A DNA stretch of 64,000 nt, from positions 55,799 to 119,798 of the forward strand of contig CAZSKP010000013.1 in the NCBI GenBank assembly GCA_964607485.1, read 5' to 3'. The stretch comes from an uncultured bacterium. GTDB lineage: Bacteria > Abyssobacteria > SURF-5. Below are positions 19,967 to 29,953 of this stretch, one piece after another. The notes under the pieces were generated by a model. That model did not search any database, was not told the origin of the DNA, and saw nothing but the letters and a program-made list of their open reading frames with translations. The first letter of the stretch is position 1; every line of letters begins with the position of its first letter. The position numbers and the translations under genes are program-made.

Positions 19967-20039
19967 GGGGATGTAGCTCAGCTGGGAGAGCGACGCGTTC
20001 GCAACGCGTAGGTCGGCGGTTCGAGCCCGCTCATCTCCA
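19967..20039 (+). tRNA. tRNA-Ala(CGC), CCA not encoded
   Basis: Cloverleaf with GGGGATG/CATCTCC acceptor (G3:U70), ACGCG-TTCGCAA-CGCGT anticodon arm, TTCGA T-loop. Confidence 0.97.
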
Positions 20040-20161
20040 CATTTTCACAGGCAAAAGGTGGGTCCGTGTATCTGCCGGCCGACGAAGTCGTGCCGATTTT
20101 TTTTGGCTTCTCTTCGGATTTACGCGGATTACGGAGCATTGATCCGGGTTGCCCGAGCGCC

Positions 20162-20190
20162 TTGACACATTTCGGCGCCTTTGCTATACT
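20162..20190 (+). promoter_or_regulatory. sigma70 promoter for porCDAB
   Basis: TTGACA-17 nt-TATACT with extended -10 TG. Confidence 0.8.
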
Positions 20191-20285
20191 TTGGAATCTC
20201 TTGCCGCCGCTGTGTTTCCGAGCTAAGCGGCGCGGGGCAACAGGGTAATGATTCGGCTGGCTCAGTCGAGAATGAAGGTAAGGAA

Positions 20286-20870
20286 ATGGCTGATAAGGTG
20301 GCAAAGCTGACTGAGATAAGATGGCACGCGCGCGGGGGGCAGGGCGCGAAAACCGCCTCTACCTTCCTCGCGGAGGCGGCGATCGAGGACGGGAAGTACA
20401 GTCAGGGTTTTCCCGATTACGGTCCCGAGCGCATGGGTGCTCCCATCCGGGGATTCACGCGGATCAGCGACCGCCCCATAAGGCTTCACTGCGCGATCGA
20501 AGAGCCCGACATCGTCGTCGTCCTGGACGACACACTGCTCGAGACCGTGAACGTGTGCGAGGGGCTCTCTGAAGAAGGTACCGTCATCATCAACACGAAT
20601 AAGGATGCCGCGACGATCCGCAAGATGGTCAATTGGAGCGGAGAGAAGTTGTTCGTGGTCAACGCGTCGGAGATAGCGCTCGACGAGTTGGGGCGTCCTA
20701 TTCCGAACACGCCGATGCTGGGTGCGCTGGTGAAGGTCGCCGGCACGATCTCGCTGGAGGTTCTGCTCGAAGATATCGCGAAGAAATTCTCGAAGAAATT
20801 CAAGAAACAGATAGTCGAAGGCAACCTCCGCGCCATCAAGCGAGCCTATGAGGAGGTTAAGTCCGTATGA
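20286..20870 (+). CDS. porC: Pyruvate/2-oxoacid:ferredoxin oxidoreductase gamma subunit
   Basis: EIRWHARGGQGAKT, YGPERMGAP, PNTPMLGAL. Confidence 0.93.
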   Translation: MADKVAKLTEIRWHARGGQGAKTASTFLAEAAIEDGKYSQGFPDYGPERMGAPIRGFTRISDRPIRLHCAIEEPDIVVVLDDTLLETVNVCEGLSEEGTVIINTNKDAATIRKMVNWSGEKLFVVNASEIALDELGRPIPNTPMLGALVKVAGTISLEVLLEDIAKKFSKKFKKQIVEGNLRAIKRAYEEVKSV

Positions 20871-21166
20871 GCGAACTCAAAGGATGGAGGGACATACCCA
20901 TCGGCGGGGTCCTCCCGCACGGGGGAACCGCATTCGATTACGAGACGGGCTCGTGGCGCTCGTTCAGGCCCGTGCATGACCGCGACAAGTGCATCGACTG
21001 TCTCGATTGTTGGTTCTGCTGTCCCGACGGCGCGATAATCGCGGAGGACCAGAAGTTCAAGGGATTCGACATGGTCCATTGCAAGGGATGCGGAATCTGC
21101 TCGAAAGTGTGCCCCCCAAAGGTGGGCGCGATAACCATGAAACCCGAATCGGAATTCAGGGAATAG
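20867..21166 (+). CDS. porD: Pyruvate/2-oxoacid:ferredoxin oxidoreductase delta subunit
   Basis: TGSWRSFRP, CIDCLDCWFCCP, CKGCGICSKVCP. Confidence 0.93.
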   Translation: MSELKGWRDIPIGGVLPHGGTAFDYETGSWRSFRPVHDRDKCIDCLDCWFCCPDGAIIAEDQKFKGFDMVHCKGCGICSKVCPPKVGAITMKPESEFRE

Positions 21167-21178
21167 CTGGAGTCGGAC

Positions 21179-22357
21179 ATGGCGAAGAGATTGGCCAACA
21201 CCAGGCTGGCGCTCACGGGAAACGAAGCAGTCGCCGAAGCCTTCAAACAAGTGAATCCGGATGTCGCTGCGGTTTACCCGATTACGCCCCAGACCGAGCT
21301 GATGCATAAGTTTGCTCAGTACGTGAACGACGGCAAGGTCGACACTGAGCTCATTTATGTCGAGTCGGAACACAGCGCGATGAGCGCATCCGTGGGAGCC
21401 TCAGCCGGAGGGGTACGTGCGATCACCGCCACCTCTGCCAACGGTCTGGCGCTCATGTGGGAGATACTCTACATAGCTTCGGGAATGAGGCTGCCGATTG
21501 TGATGGCGGTGGTGAACCGGGCCCTCAGCGGTCCCCTGAACATTCATTGCGACCACAGCGACGCGATGGGCGCCCGCGACTCGGGGTGGATTCAACTGTT
21601 CTCGGAAAACACGCAGGAGGCTTACGACAACGCGATCCAGGCCTTCCGCATCGCCGAGCACCCCGACGTGATGCTCCCGACGATGCTCACGCTGGATGGA
21701 TTCATCATAAGCCACACGACCGAGGTGCTGGAGATTCTGCACGACGAGACGGCGAGGAAGTTTGTGGGCGAATATGAACCACAGTATACGCTCCTCAATC
21801 CTGAGCAGCCCATGACCATGGGAGCGCTGAACCTGCAGGATTATTACTTCGAGCACAAGCGCCAGCAGGTCGAAGGAATGTACAATGCCCCCCGGGTGAT
21901 AGAGGAAGTCGCAAAAGAATATCACGAACTTACCGGAAGAAAGTATGAGTTCTTCGAGAACTATCGGATGGAAGACGCCGAGGCAGCCGTCGTCGTCATG
22001 GGTTCGGCGGCCGGCACCACGAAAGAAGCGGTCGATTCGCTGCGCGACAGGGGAGTGAAGGCGGGAATGATAAAGCTCCGCGTGTTTCGCCCGTTCCCGC
22101 ATGAGCAGCTTGCCGAGGCGCTCGGCCACCTGAACTCCGTCGCCGTGCTCGACCGCGCCATATCGTTCGGCGCCCAGGGCGGGCCGGTGTACATGGAAGT
22201 CAGGTCGGCGATGTATGGAAAGGCCATTCCTGTTTTCAGTTATATTTACGGTCTCGGGGGCCGCGACCTGTTCCCGAGCGAGATCGAGTCGGCGTACAAC
22301 GACCTGTTCGAGGGAAAAAGCGACACGAGGATGCGATACCTCGGCCTGAGGGAATAA
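21179..22357 (+). CDS. porA: Pyruvate/2-oxoacid:ferredoxin oxidoreductase alpha subunit
   Basis: YPITPQT, ESEHSAMS, NRALSGPLNIHCDHSD, YGLGGRD. Confidence 0.95.
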   Translation: MAKRLANTRLALTGNEAVAEAFKQVNPDVAAVYPITPQTELMHKFAQYVNDGKVDTELIYVESEHSAMSASVGASAGGVRAITATSANGLALMWEILYIASGMRLPIVMAVVNRALSGPLNIHCDHSDAMGARDSGWIQLFSENTQEAYDNAIQAFRIAEHPDVMLPTMLTLDGFIISHTTEVLEILHDETARKFVGEYEPQYTLLNPEQPMTMGALNLQDYYFEHKRQQVEGMYNAPRVIEEVAKEYHELTGRKYEFFENYRMEDAEAAVVVMGSAAGTTKEAVDSLRDRGVKAGMIKLRVFRPFPHEQLAEALGHLNSVAVLDRAISFGAQGGPVYMEVRSAMYGKAIPVFSYIYGLGGRDLFPSEIESAYNDLFEGKSDTRMRYLGLRE

Positions 22358-22382
22358 TCCCCCGGAAATCAAAGGTGGTTAC

Positions 22383-23333
22383 ATGGCTTCTGTGAAGGAA
22401 TTATCGAAAAAGCGGGACATCTTCTGCAGCGGGCACCGCGCATGTTCGGGGTGCGCGCCTGCAATAACAATGCGACAGGTCAGCCTGGCGGCGGACACGC
22501 ACCTCGTGACGGGGCTATCGACCGGCTGCATGGAAGTCGTATCGACCATCTACCCGTACACGGCGTGGAGAAGCTCGTTCATACACAACGCGTTCGAAAA
22601 CGTGGCGGCCACGATTTCCGGCGTGGAGACGGCCTACCGTGCGCTGAAGAGGAAGGGCAAGCTCGACGTCGAATACCGGTTTATCGCGTTCGGCGGCGAC
22701 GGCGGCACGTACGACATCGGGCTGCAATCGCTGTCGGGAGCCGTGGAGCGCGGCCACCGGATGCTGTACGTATGCTACGACAACCAGGGCTACATGAACA
22801 CCGGCATCCAGCGTTCCGGCTCGACTCCTTACGGCGCAGCCACCAGCACAACTCCCGCGGGCATCAAGATCGCCGGCAAGCAGAACTTCCAGAAGGACCT
22901 CACCGAGATTATGGTTGCGCATGAGTTGCCCTACGTGGCCCAAGCCTCGATCGGCTACTATCGCGACCTGCTCAAGAAGGTGGAAAAGGCGCTCGCCGCC
23001 GACGGTCCATCTTTCATCAACGTGCTCGCGTGCTGCCACAGAGGGTGGCGCATCGATCCCTCCGACTCGCTCAAGTACTCGAAGCTCGCCGTGGATACCT
23101 GCCTGTGGCCCCTCTTCGAAGTCGAGAACGGCGCGTACAAGCTCTCGCGCAAGCCCCGCGAGAAGCTTCCGCTCGAGGAATGGCTCAAGGGACAGGGCCG
23201 CTTCAGCCACCTGTTCAAACCCGACAACGCGGACATGTTGAAAAAGTTCCAGGAGTACGTGGACCGAAAGTGGGACCGGCTGCTCTGGAAGTGCGGTGAG
23301 TCGAAGGACAAGTCCGGAAAAGCCGCCAAGTGA
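22383..23333 (+). CDS. porB: Pyruvate/2-oxoacid:ferredoxin oxidoreductase beta subunit
   Basis: GHRACSGC, GGDGGTYDIG TPP motif, YDNQGYMNTGIQRS. Confidence 0.95.
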   Translation: MASVKELSKKRDIFCSGHRACSGCAPAITMRQVSLAADTHLVTGLSTGCMEVVSTIYPYTAWRSSFIHNAFENVAATISGVETAYRALKRKGKLDVEYRFIAFGGDGGTYDIGLQSLSGAVERGHRMLYVCYDNQGYMNTGIQRSGSTPYGAATSTTPAGIKIAGKQNFQKDLTEIMVAHELPYVAQASIGYYRDLLKKVEKALAADGPSFINVLACCHRGWRIDPSDSLKYSKLAVDTCLWPLFEVENGAYKLSRKPREKLPLEEWLKGQGRFSHLFKPDNADMLKKFQEYVDRKWDRLLWKCGESKDKSGKAAK

Positions 23334-23395
23334 CCCTGCGCTCCCGACTCCTCTCGCTCGGGCATGAATACCTCGCCATGCCGCGACCGTAGCAT

Positions 23396-24949
23396 TTGCA
23401 TAACATGGTATCGTGCAAGACCGGCTCGCTGAAATCCTCTTTGCCTCCGCCGTCCCGGAGCACTCCGCTGACTCTTATCCTCGTCCTTTTCATCATTGTT
23501 GACATCGGGCTGTTGCTCTTCGGGCTGTCCAGCCCGTTCGGGGGATTCCATGGTCTCCAGGAAGCATGGTATTCAGCGATCGCCAAGAATTACTCTTCGC
23601 ACTCGCTTCTCATGCCCACCACCTACGATAATAGGCTTGACCTCAATGTTCCTCCATTGCTCTCATACTTTGTTTGGTTGAGCTTTTCCGTGCTGAGGCC
23701 GACCGAACTGGCGGCGAGGCTGGTTCCCGTCTGCTTTGCATTGTTGTCATTGGCGGGAGTGTATCTGTTGGGCCGGCTCATGTTTCGGAAGGACGCCGGA
23801 CTCGAAGCGGCCGCCCTTTTTGCCTCAACTCCCATATTCCTGATACTGGGCCGAAACGTGCAGACCGAGATATTGTTTGTCGCGCTATCCCTGTTTTTTC
23901 TATATTTCTATCTGAAGGCGAATCGGAGCGGCAGGAGATCCGACATCGTGCTGGCCGGCCTTTTCCTCGGGGCCGCGTTGTTCAGCAAACAGTTCGCTGT
24001 GCTCCCGCTGATAGCTCTCATCCTCTGGGAACTGCTTGGGAGCGAGAGGCGTCGTTTGGTCAGGCGCGACTTTGTGCTGTTCTTGTTAATCGGCGGATGC
24101 GTTCTTGTTCCCTTCTACGGTTACCATCTTTTGCATGACCCCGCCTATTTGCTTCACGCGCAGCTTCACGGTTCGGCAAGCAGAGCCAGCCTGGCCTCAG
24201 GCTTCACACTCAGCTTCCTGGTGAGTGAGATTTTTTGGGGATGTTCGCCCCTTCTTCTCATCGGCGGGCTGGCCGGGCTGGGCCTTGCGCTACGGCAGCG
24301 CGAAAGGTATGGGGCGTTGGCCGGTCTCGTGATCGGCTGTTTTTTTGTTTTCTACCTGTTTCTGCACAAACACAGCTACTACTTCTTTGGAATGGTCCCC
24401 TTTTTGGCTCTCTGTTTCACGGACCTTGCGGAGCGAATGCCCGCAAAGGTTTATGCGGCAGGCTTGACCGTGACACTCCTCACGGCTACCCTGTTGGCGG
24501 CGTATCAATTGGCAGGCTGCAAATACGGCTTCGATGAATTCAAGCAGTTGAGCGCGTACATCAACTCATGCAAGCGGCCGGTCATTATGGTGGACCGCTC
24601 TTTTTACTACAGACCTCTCTTCAAGTACTATTCGGAGAACGTCGTGGTACTGCTTCGGAATTCGGACCTTTCGCCGTCCGAGAAGGAATCGCTGAGGAGC
24701 GCCGACAAGGTCTTCTCCTTTTCCGTTGTCCCGCTGAGCGGGGCCGGGGCTGAGATAATTCCCATCAAGGGCGTGAGATACGGCCTGAGGCTGGGCGGCC
24801 GAATCTACGTTCACACGCCGCCCAATGAACACTTCTTCACGCCTTCGTCTCCCATCGAACTCAAAGACTGCGATGTCATCCGCTCGTTCGGCCCGTTCGT
24901 GAAAATTGAACGAACCAGCTTCTACCTCATCGCCGGCCCGCCGATGTGA
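23396..24949 (+). CDS. ArnT/PMT-like (GT-C) membrane glycosyltransferase
   Basis: EAWY..IA, PPL, ELAARL, multiple TM helices; start uncertain. Confidence 0.75.
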   Translation: MHNMVSCKTGSLKSSLPPPSRSTPLTLILVLFIIVDIGLLLFGLSSPFGGFHGLQEAWYSAIAKNYSSHSLLMPTTYDNRLDLNVPPLLSYFVWLSFSVLRPTELAARLVPVCFALLSLAGVYLLGRLMFRKDAGLEAAALFASTPIFLILGRNVQTEILFVALSLFFLYFYLKANRSGRRSDIVLAGLFLGAALFSKQFAVLPLIALILWELLGSERRRLVRRDFVLFLLIGGCVLVPFYGYHLLHDPAYLLHAQLHGSASRASLASGFTLSFLVSEIFWGCSPLLLIGGLAGLGLALRQRERYGALAGLVIGCFFVFYLFLHKHSYYFFGMVPFLALCFTDLAERMPAKVYAAGLTVTLLTATLLAAYQLAGCKYGFDEFKQLSAYINSCKRPVIMVDRSFYYRPLFKYYSENVVVLLRNSDLSPSEKESLRSADKVFSFSVVPLSGAGAEIIPIKGVRYGLRLGGRIYVHTPPNEHFFTPSSPIELKDCDVIRSFGPFVKIERTSFYLIAGPPM

Positions 24950-25072
24950 ACCGAGGAGACGATCTGCCGTAGATTCAGGACCGTCCTCGTCGCGGGCCAC
25001 GTATCAGACAGATTCGCAACCCCCCTTGCGTATCGCTCTCGATTGTGTAATAGATTGATGAACGGAGGAGCG

Positions 25073-26212
25073 ATGAAACTGCCGAGACATGCCCAGAAAA
25101 GAGGCTGCACCGCGATTATTCCGCTGCTCGTCCTCGCATTCGCTTTCTCCTGCTCGCGAGCAAGCGGCGAGCAGGACCTGCCGCTCGACTTAATCAAACT
25201 CCCCTCGGGCTTCGAAATCGCTGTTTATGCCGACAATGTGCCCGGCGCGCGCTCGATGACGCTCGGCTCGGACGGCACACTGTTCGTCGGCACGCGTGGC
25301 GCCGGAAACGCGTACGCCGTCCTGGACCGTAACCATGATGCCAAAGCCGACGAAGTGCTCACCATCGCGCGCGGACTGAACATGCCGAACGGCGTGGCGT
25401 TCCGCGACGGCGCGCTCTACGTGGCAGAGGTCAGCCGAGTGCTTCGGTACGATGACATCGAATCGCGTCTGACCGACCCGCCGACACCAGCAATCGTCAA
25501 CGACAGTTTCCCGCAAGACACGCACCACGGCTGGAAATTCATTCGCTTCGGGCCCGATGGAATGCTCTACGTTCCCGTGGGAGCGCCGTGCAACGTGTGC
25601 GAGCGAGACGACGAGCGATACGCCTCGATCATGCGGATGAAATCCGACGGCAGTGGGCTGGAGCTGTTCGCGAGCGGCGTTCGTAACACGGTCGGGTTCG
25701 ACTGGCATCCCGAAACGAAGGAACTCTGGTTCACCGATAACGGGCGCGACTGGATGGGCGACAATCAGCCGCCCGACGAATTGAACCGCGCTTCCCGACA
25801 GGGGCTGCACTTCGGATTTCCGTATTGTCACGGCGGCGATGTGCCCGACCCCGAGTTCGGCCAAGAGCGCTCATGCGACGAGTTTGTCCCGCCCGAAATG
25901 AAACTCGGCCCGCACGTCGCATCACTCGGCATGCGCTTCTACACGGGCGCAATGTTCCCGAGCGAATATCGGAACCAGATTTTCATCGCGGAACACGGCT
26001 CATGGAATAGGAGCATCCCCATCGGATACCGTCTGACGCTCGTGCGGCTCAAGGAAGGTCATGCGGCGAGCTACGAGGTGTTCGCGGAAGGCTGGCTGCA
26101 GGGCGGGGTCGCATGGGGCCGCCCCGTCGACGTGCTCGTCATGCCCGACGGCGCCCTCCTCGTTTCCGACGACCGCGCCGGCGCCATCTACCGGATCAGC
26201 TACCGAAAATAG
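25073..26212 (+). CDS. Glucose/sorbosone dehydrogenase-family beta-propeller, possibly a lipoprotein
   Basis: FGPDG.LY, GVRNTVGFDWHP, HGSWNR, GRPVDV..PDGALLVSDD; signal peptide with FSC. Confidence 0.88.
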   Translation: MKLPRHAQKRGCTAIIPLLVLAFAFSCSRASGEQDLPLDLIKLPSGFEIAVYADNVPGARSMTLGSDGTLFVGTRGAGNAYAVLDRNHDAKADEVLTIARGLNMPNGVAFRDGALYVAEVSRVLRYDDIESRLTDPPTPAIVNDSFPQDTHHGWKFIRFGPDGMLYVPVGAPCNVCERDDERYASIMRMKSDGSGLELFASGVRNTVGFDWHPETKELWFTDNGRDWMGDNQPPDELNRASRQGLHFGFPYCHGGDVPDPEFGQERSCDEFVPPEMKLGPHVASLGMRFYTGAMFPSEYRNQIFIAEHGSWNRSIPIGYRLTLVRLKEGHAASYEVFAEGWLQGGVAWGRPVDVLVMPDGALLVSDDRAGAIYRISYRK

Positions 26213-26418
26213 CCGCCGGAGACCGGTCTTCCTCCATTTGAAATCGGGCGATTGCGAATATCCCGCCGATACACCGGGAATCCATTCTTCCGTCTTCCCT
26301 TAATATGCTATGCGCGCAAAACCGAGGGGCGAGGGTTGCAGAACCTCATCAACCGCCGCGGTGACCTAATCACGTATCTCCTTATAATGAAAAAGCTTAC
26401 CGACTATAGTCGGCTAAG

Positions 26419-26447
26419 TTGACGCCTCCGACAGCGTATGGTAGAAT
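26419..26447 (+). promoter_or_regulatory. sigma70 promoter with an adjacent palindrome at 26400-26413
   Basis: TTGACG-17 nt-TAGAAT with extended TG; CCGACTATAGTCGG just upstream. Confidence 0.6.
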
Positions 26448-26587
26448 TTATACAGAATTTCTCTTCTATTCACGGTTTTTTCGATTTTCAGCGACAGTTA
26501 CGACTATATAGTGGACTGTCAGTTACTCTCGTTCTTGTCCAAGGCTGGGTTGTCCACCGTACTAGGAGACTGGAGGGGATGGGATTT

Positions 26588-27916
26588 ATGAAGAGGTTCG
26601 TGTCTTTTGCCGCTCTGCTCACGTTGGTGTCGATCATCTTTGCGCCGGGGATGGTCTACGGCGCCATTTACATCGTGCCTGATGATGCTGCAACAATTCA
26701 GGAGGCACTGGATTTGGCGGAATCTCTTGACACCGTCATTGTGAGTAATGGCATCTATGCCGGTCCCGGCAACAGGAACCTCGATTTCCAGGGCAAGGCG
26801 ATAACGCTGAGTTCGGAAAACGGAGCTGCAAACTGCATAATTGACTGCGAGGGAAGCGGCAGGGGCTTCTACTTTCATAGCGGCGAAACATCTTCGTCGG
26901 TGGTGGACGGTTTTACGATCATCAACGGCGTTACTATTTATTCGGGGCCATTCCCCAACGGTTGGGGCGGCGCGATCCTGTGCGTCGACTCTTCGAGTCC
27001 TACTATCACCAACTGCGTCATCAGAAACAGTTCAGCGTTCTCGGGTGGTGGGATCGAGTGCTATGCGTACTGCTCGCCGACAATCGCAAACTGTCTCATT
27101 CGAGCGAACACGGCACAGTGGGGTGGGGGTATCACCTGCAACTTCAGCTCTTCGCCGACTATCACGAACTGCACATTTTACGGGAACACCGCCCAGGGCG
27201 GGGGAGGAATCTACACTGCCAACTTATCCTGGCCCATTATCACCAACTCTATCATGTGGAACGATTCGGCGCCTTACGGGCCGGAACTGGGGGTCGTGCA
27301 GGATTCCGACGTGACCGTCAACTATAGTGATGTCAAGGGTGGCCAGGCAGGCGCGTTTGTAGATACAGACTCCGTACTCCACCTGGGCGCCGGAAATTTC
27401 TCCTCCAACCCGTTTTTTGTTTCCGGTCCGCTCGGCGGCTGTTACCTGGCTCAGATTGCCGCGGGGCAGGGCGCCAACAGCCCATGCATAAACGCGGGAA
27501 ACGATAGCGCCGCCAATCTTGGGCTTGACGTGTTCACGACGCGGACGGACCATGTCGGCGATGCAGGCACTGTTGACCTCGGATTCCATTATCAGATTGT
27601 CTCGTTAACCGAATTGACACAGATCAACTGCACATTCCCGGCGAATGAATCCACCTTAGACACCGCGCCGACCTTCGTCTGGACGCCCAATGGCGGCATG
27701 GACAATGTTTTTGTGGTCGATATGGCCCTGTCGCCCAGCGGCCCGGTCTTTACAACACCCGTTATTCACGGAACGAGTTGGGCCATGCCCGCACGGGTGT
27801 GGGATTCGGTTCCAGGGGGAAGCTTCGTATATTGGAGGGTACGCGGAGCCGACCTGTACCACTCACCTTTGACAATCATCGCAAGCGACGAAATATGGCG
27901 GCTCCACAAGCCGTAA
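26588..27916 (+). CDS. Secreted right-handed beta-helix (pectin-lyase-like) protein
   Basis: Signal peptide, VP.D..TIQ.A, repeated GGGI.C...SPTITNC, SPCINAG, C-terminal beta domain with YWRVRG. Confidence 0.8.
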   Translation: MKRFVSFAALLTLVSIIFAPGMVYGAIYIVPDDAATIQEALDLAESLDTVIVSNGIYAGPGNRNLDFQGKAITLSSENGAANCIIDCEGSGRGFYFHSGETSSSVVDGFTIINGVTIYSGPFPNGWGGAILCVDSSSPTITNCVIRNSSAFSGGGIECYAYCSPTIANCLIRANTAQWGGGITCNFSSSPTITNCTFYGNTAQGGGGIYTANLSWPIITNSIMWNDSAPYGPELGVVQDSDVTVNYSDVKGGQAGAFVDTDSVLHLGAGNFSSNPFFVSGPLGGCYLAQIAAGQGANSPCINAGNDSAANLGLDVFTTRTDHVGDAGTVDLGFHYQIVSLTELTQINCTFPANESTLDTAPTFVWTPNGGMDNVFVVDMALSPSGPVFTTPVIHGTSWAMPARVWDSVPGGSFVYWRVRGADLYHSPLTIIASDEIWRLHKP

Positions 27917-27941
27917 GAGAGACTTCTACGCTTGAATCCCC

Positions 27942-29897
27942 TCAGCTTATCTGAACGAGCACGGTGCCTTTTTTCACCGAGTCGCCGATTTTGCAGTTGA
28001 TGGCGAGCACCTTGCCGCCGGCGGGGGCGGTGAGCGTGTTCTCGACCTTCATCGCTTCGAGGATGACGACGGCGTCGCCCTCGCTGACCGAGTCGCCCTC
28101 TTTCACGAGCACGTTGATGATGACGCCGGGCATCGGCGCAGTTACACCAGCGGCGCCAGCGACGACCTTTGGAGCAGCCTTCTCGGCGGGCTTCGGCGCC
28201 GGCTTCTGAGCGGGGGCGGTCGCAACGGGAGTCGCAGCCGGCGCGGCGGCTGGCCTCGTGATGTTCTGCACTACGGGCGTTCCGCCCGCCTCATCGACGG
28301 CCACCTTGAAATATTCGCCATCCACGAACACGTTGAACGTGCGCGCGCCCGGTCCCTGCGGCGGCGCTTCCTTCGGGGGCTTCTCCACCAACTCTCCCTT
28401 GAGCGCCTTCTGGACGATTGCTCTCTCGCGCTCGACGTCCTCGAGCGTCTTGGGTTTCACAGCATCGGGCACGGGCTCGAGGCCGTACTTCCACCGGAGG
28501 AACCGCTTGCCGGTCACCGGATACAGCGCCGCGATGAGCACATCGGTGTCGCTCTTTGCGAGGCCCTTTGTCTCTTCGCGCGCCTTGTCCATGCCGGGCT
28601 CGAGCAGGTCGGCTGGCCGCTTCTTCGTCGGCGTCTGGCCGCGTGAGTAATCCTTCAGCCCGATCTTCTGGACCTTCTTGTCGATGGGCGCGGGGGTGCG
28701 CCCATACAAACCGTAGAGGTAATCCTTCACCTGGTCGGAGATCATCTTGTAGCGTCCGAACAGCACGTTTTGGACGGCCTGTATGCCGACTATCTGGCTC
28801 GTCGGCGTGACGAGCGGCGGATAGCCGAGTTCCTTCCGCGTTTTGGGCAGTTCCTCATAGACCTCGATGATGCGGTCGAGCGCGTCGGCCTCGCGGAGCT
28901 GACTGACCAGATTGGTGGTCATCCCGCCGGGTATCTGATGCACGAGCACACGTGTATCCACGACGGCCATCGTCGTTGTGTCCATGTATTCGCGATACTT
29001 CGGCGCGATAGACTCGACGTATTGCCCCAGCTCGACCAGGTCGTTCAGGTCCAGCCCCGGGTCGCGGTCGGTTCCCTGCAGGGCGACGACGATGGGCTCG
29101 ACCGCCGGCTGCGACGACCTGAGCGCGAACGGCGCGAGCGCAGTATCGATGATGTCCACTCCCGCCTCGACGGCCTTGAGATAGCTCATCGACGCCATCC
29201 CGCTTGTGTAGTGGGTATGAAGGCAGATGGGAATATCGACGGCGTCCTTCAGCGCGCTGATGAGGTCGTAGGCGTCGAGCGGCGAGATGAGGCCGGCCAT
29301 GTCCTTCACGCACAGGATGTCCACGCCCATCTTCTGGAGGGTCTTCGCCTTTTCGACGTAGTACTTGATGTTGAACACCGGCCCGCCCAGCCGCCGCTCG
29401 GTGAGCGAGTAGCATATGGTTCCCTGTATGCGCTTGCCCGCCTGCTTAATGGCGTCGAACGCGGTCTCGAAGTTACGCTCGTCGTTCAACGCGTCGAACA
29501 CGCGGAACACGTCCACGCCCGCCTCTGCCGCCTCCTTCACGAATGCGCGCACGACGTCGTCGGGATACTGGCGGTATCCGACCAGGTTCTGTCCGCGCAG
29601 GAGCATCTGCAGCGGCGTGTCGGGGATTTCCCGTTTCAGCGTGCGCAGCCTGTCCCACGGGTCTTCGTTGAGGAATCGTGTCGGCACGTCGAAGCATGCG
29701 CCTCCCCAAACCTCCATCGAGAAGAAGCCCACCTTGTTCATCCGGGCGGCAATGGGCAGCATATCCGCCGTGCGCATGCGTGTGGCCAGGGTCGATTGGT
29801 GGCCGTCGCGGAATGTGGTGTCGGTGATTTTCACCGGATTCTTTCGGGATGTCTTCGCGGGCTTCTTCTTTGCTGCCTTCTTCTTTTGGGGCGACAT
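27942..29897 (-). CDS. Pyruvate carboxyltransferase fused to a biotin carrier (PycB/OadA/transcarboxylase 5S-1.3S type)
   Basis: TDTTFRDGHQS, EVWGGA.FD, KDMAG, HTH, Ala/Pro linker, EAMKVEN biotinyl motif; start at ATG 29897. Confidence 0.92.
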   Translation of the reverse strand: MSPQKKKAAKKKPAKTSRKNPVKITDTTFRDGHQSTLATRMRTADMLPIAARMNKVGFFSMEVWGGACFDVPTRFLNEDPWDRLRTLKREIPDTPLQMLLRGQNLVGYRQYPDDVVRAFVKEAAEAGVDVFRVFDALNDERNFETAFDAIKQAGKRIQGTICYSLTERRLGGPVFNIKYYVEKAKTLQKMGVDILCVKDMAGLISPLDAYDLISALKDAVDIPICLHTHYTSGMASMSYLKAVEAGVDIIDTALAPFALRSSQPAVEPIVVALQGTDRDPGLDLNDLVELGQYVESIAPKYREYMDTTTMAVVDTRVLVHQIPGGMTTNLVSQLREADALDRIIEVYEELPKTRKELGYPPLVTPTSQIVGIQAVQNVLFGRYKMISDQVKDYLYGLYGRTPAPIDKKVQKIGLKDYSRGQTPTKKRPADLLEPGMDKAREETKGLAKSDTDVLIAALYPVTGKRFLRWKYGLEPVPDAVKPKTLEDVERERAIVQKALKGELVEKPPKEAPPQGPGARTFNVFVDGEYFKVAVDEAGGTPVVQNITRPAAAPAATPVATAPAQKPAPKPAEKAAPKVVAGAAGVTAPMPGVIINVLVKEGDSVSEGDAVVILEAMKVENTLTAPAGGKVLAINCKIGDSVKKGTVLVQIS

Positions 29898-29953
29898 GTT
29901 ATCTTTCCTCCTGATGAATCTGGCGCGCCTGTAACAATCCGAACGGCGACGTT

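Noticed and set aside
19967-20160. tRNA-Ala as an integration site
   Set aside because: No integrase and no duplicated tRNA 3' end seen; housekeeping por genes follow
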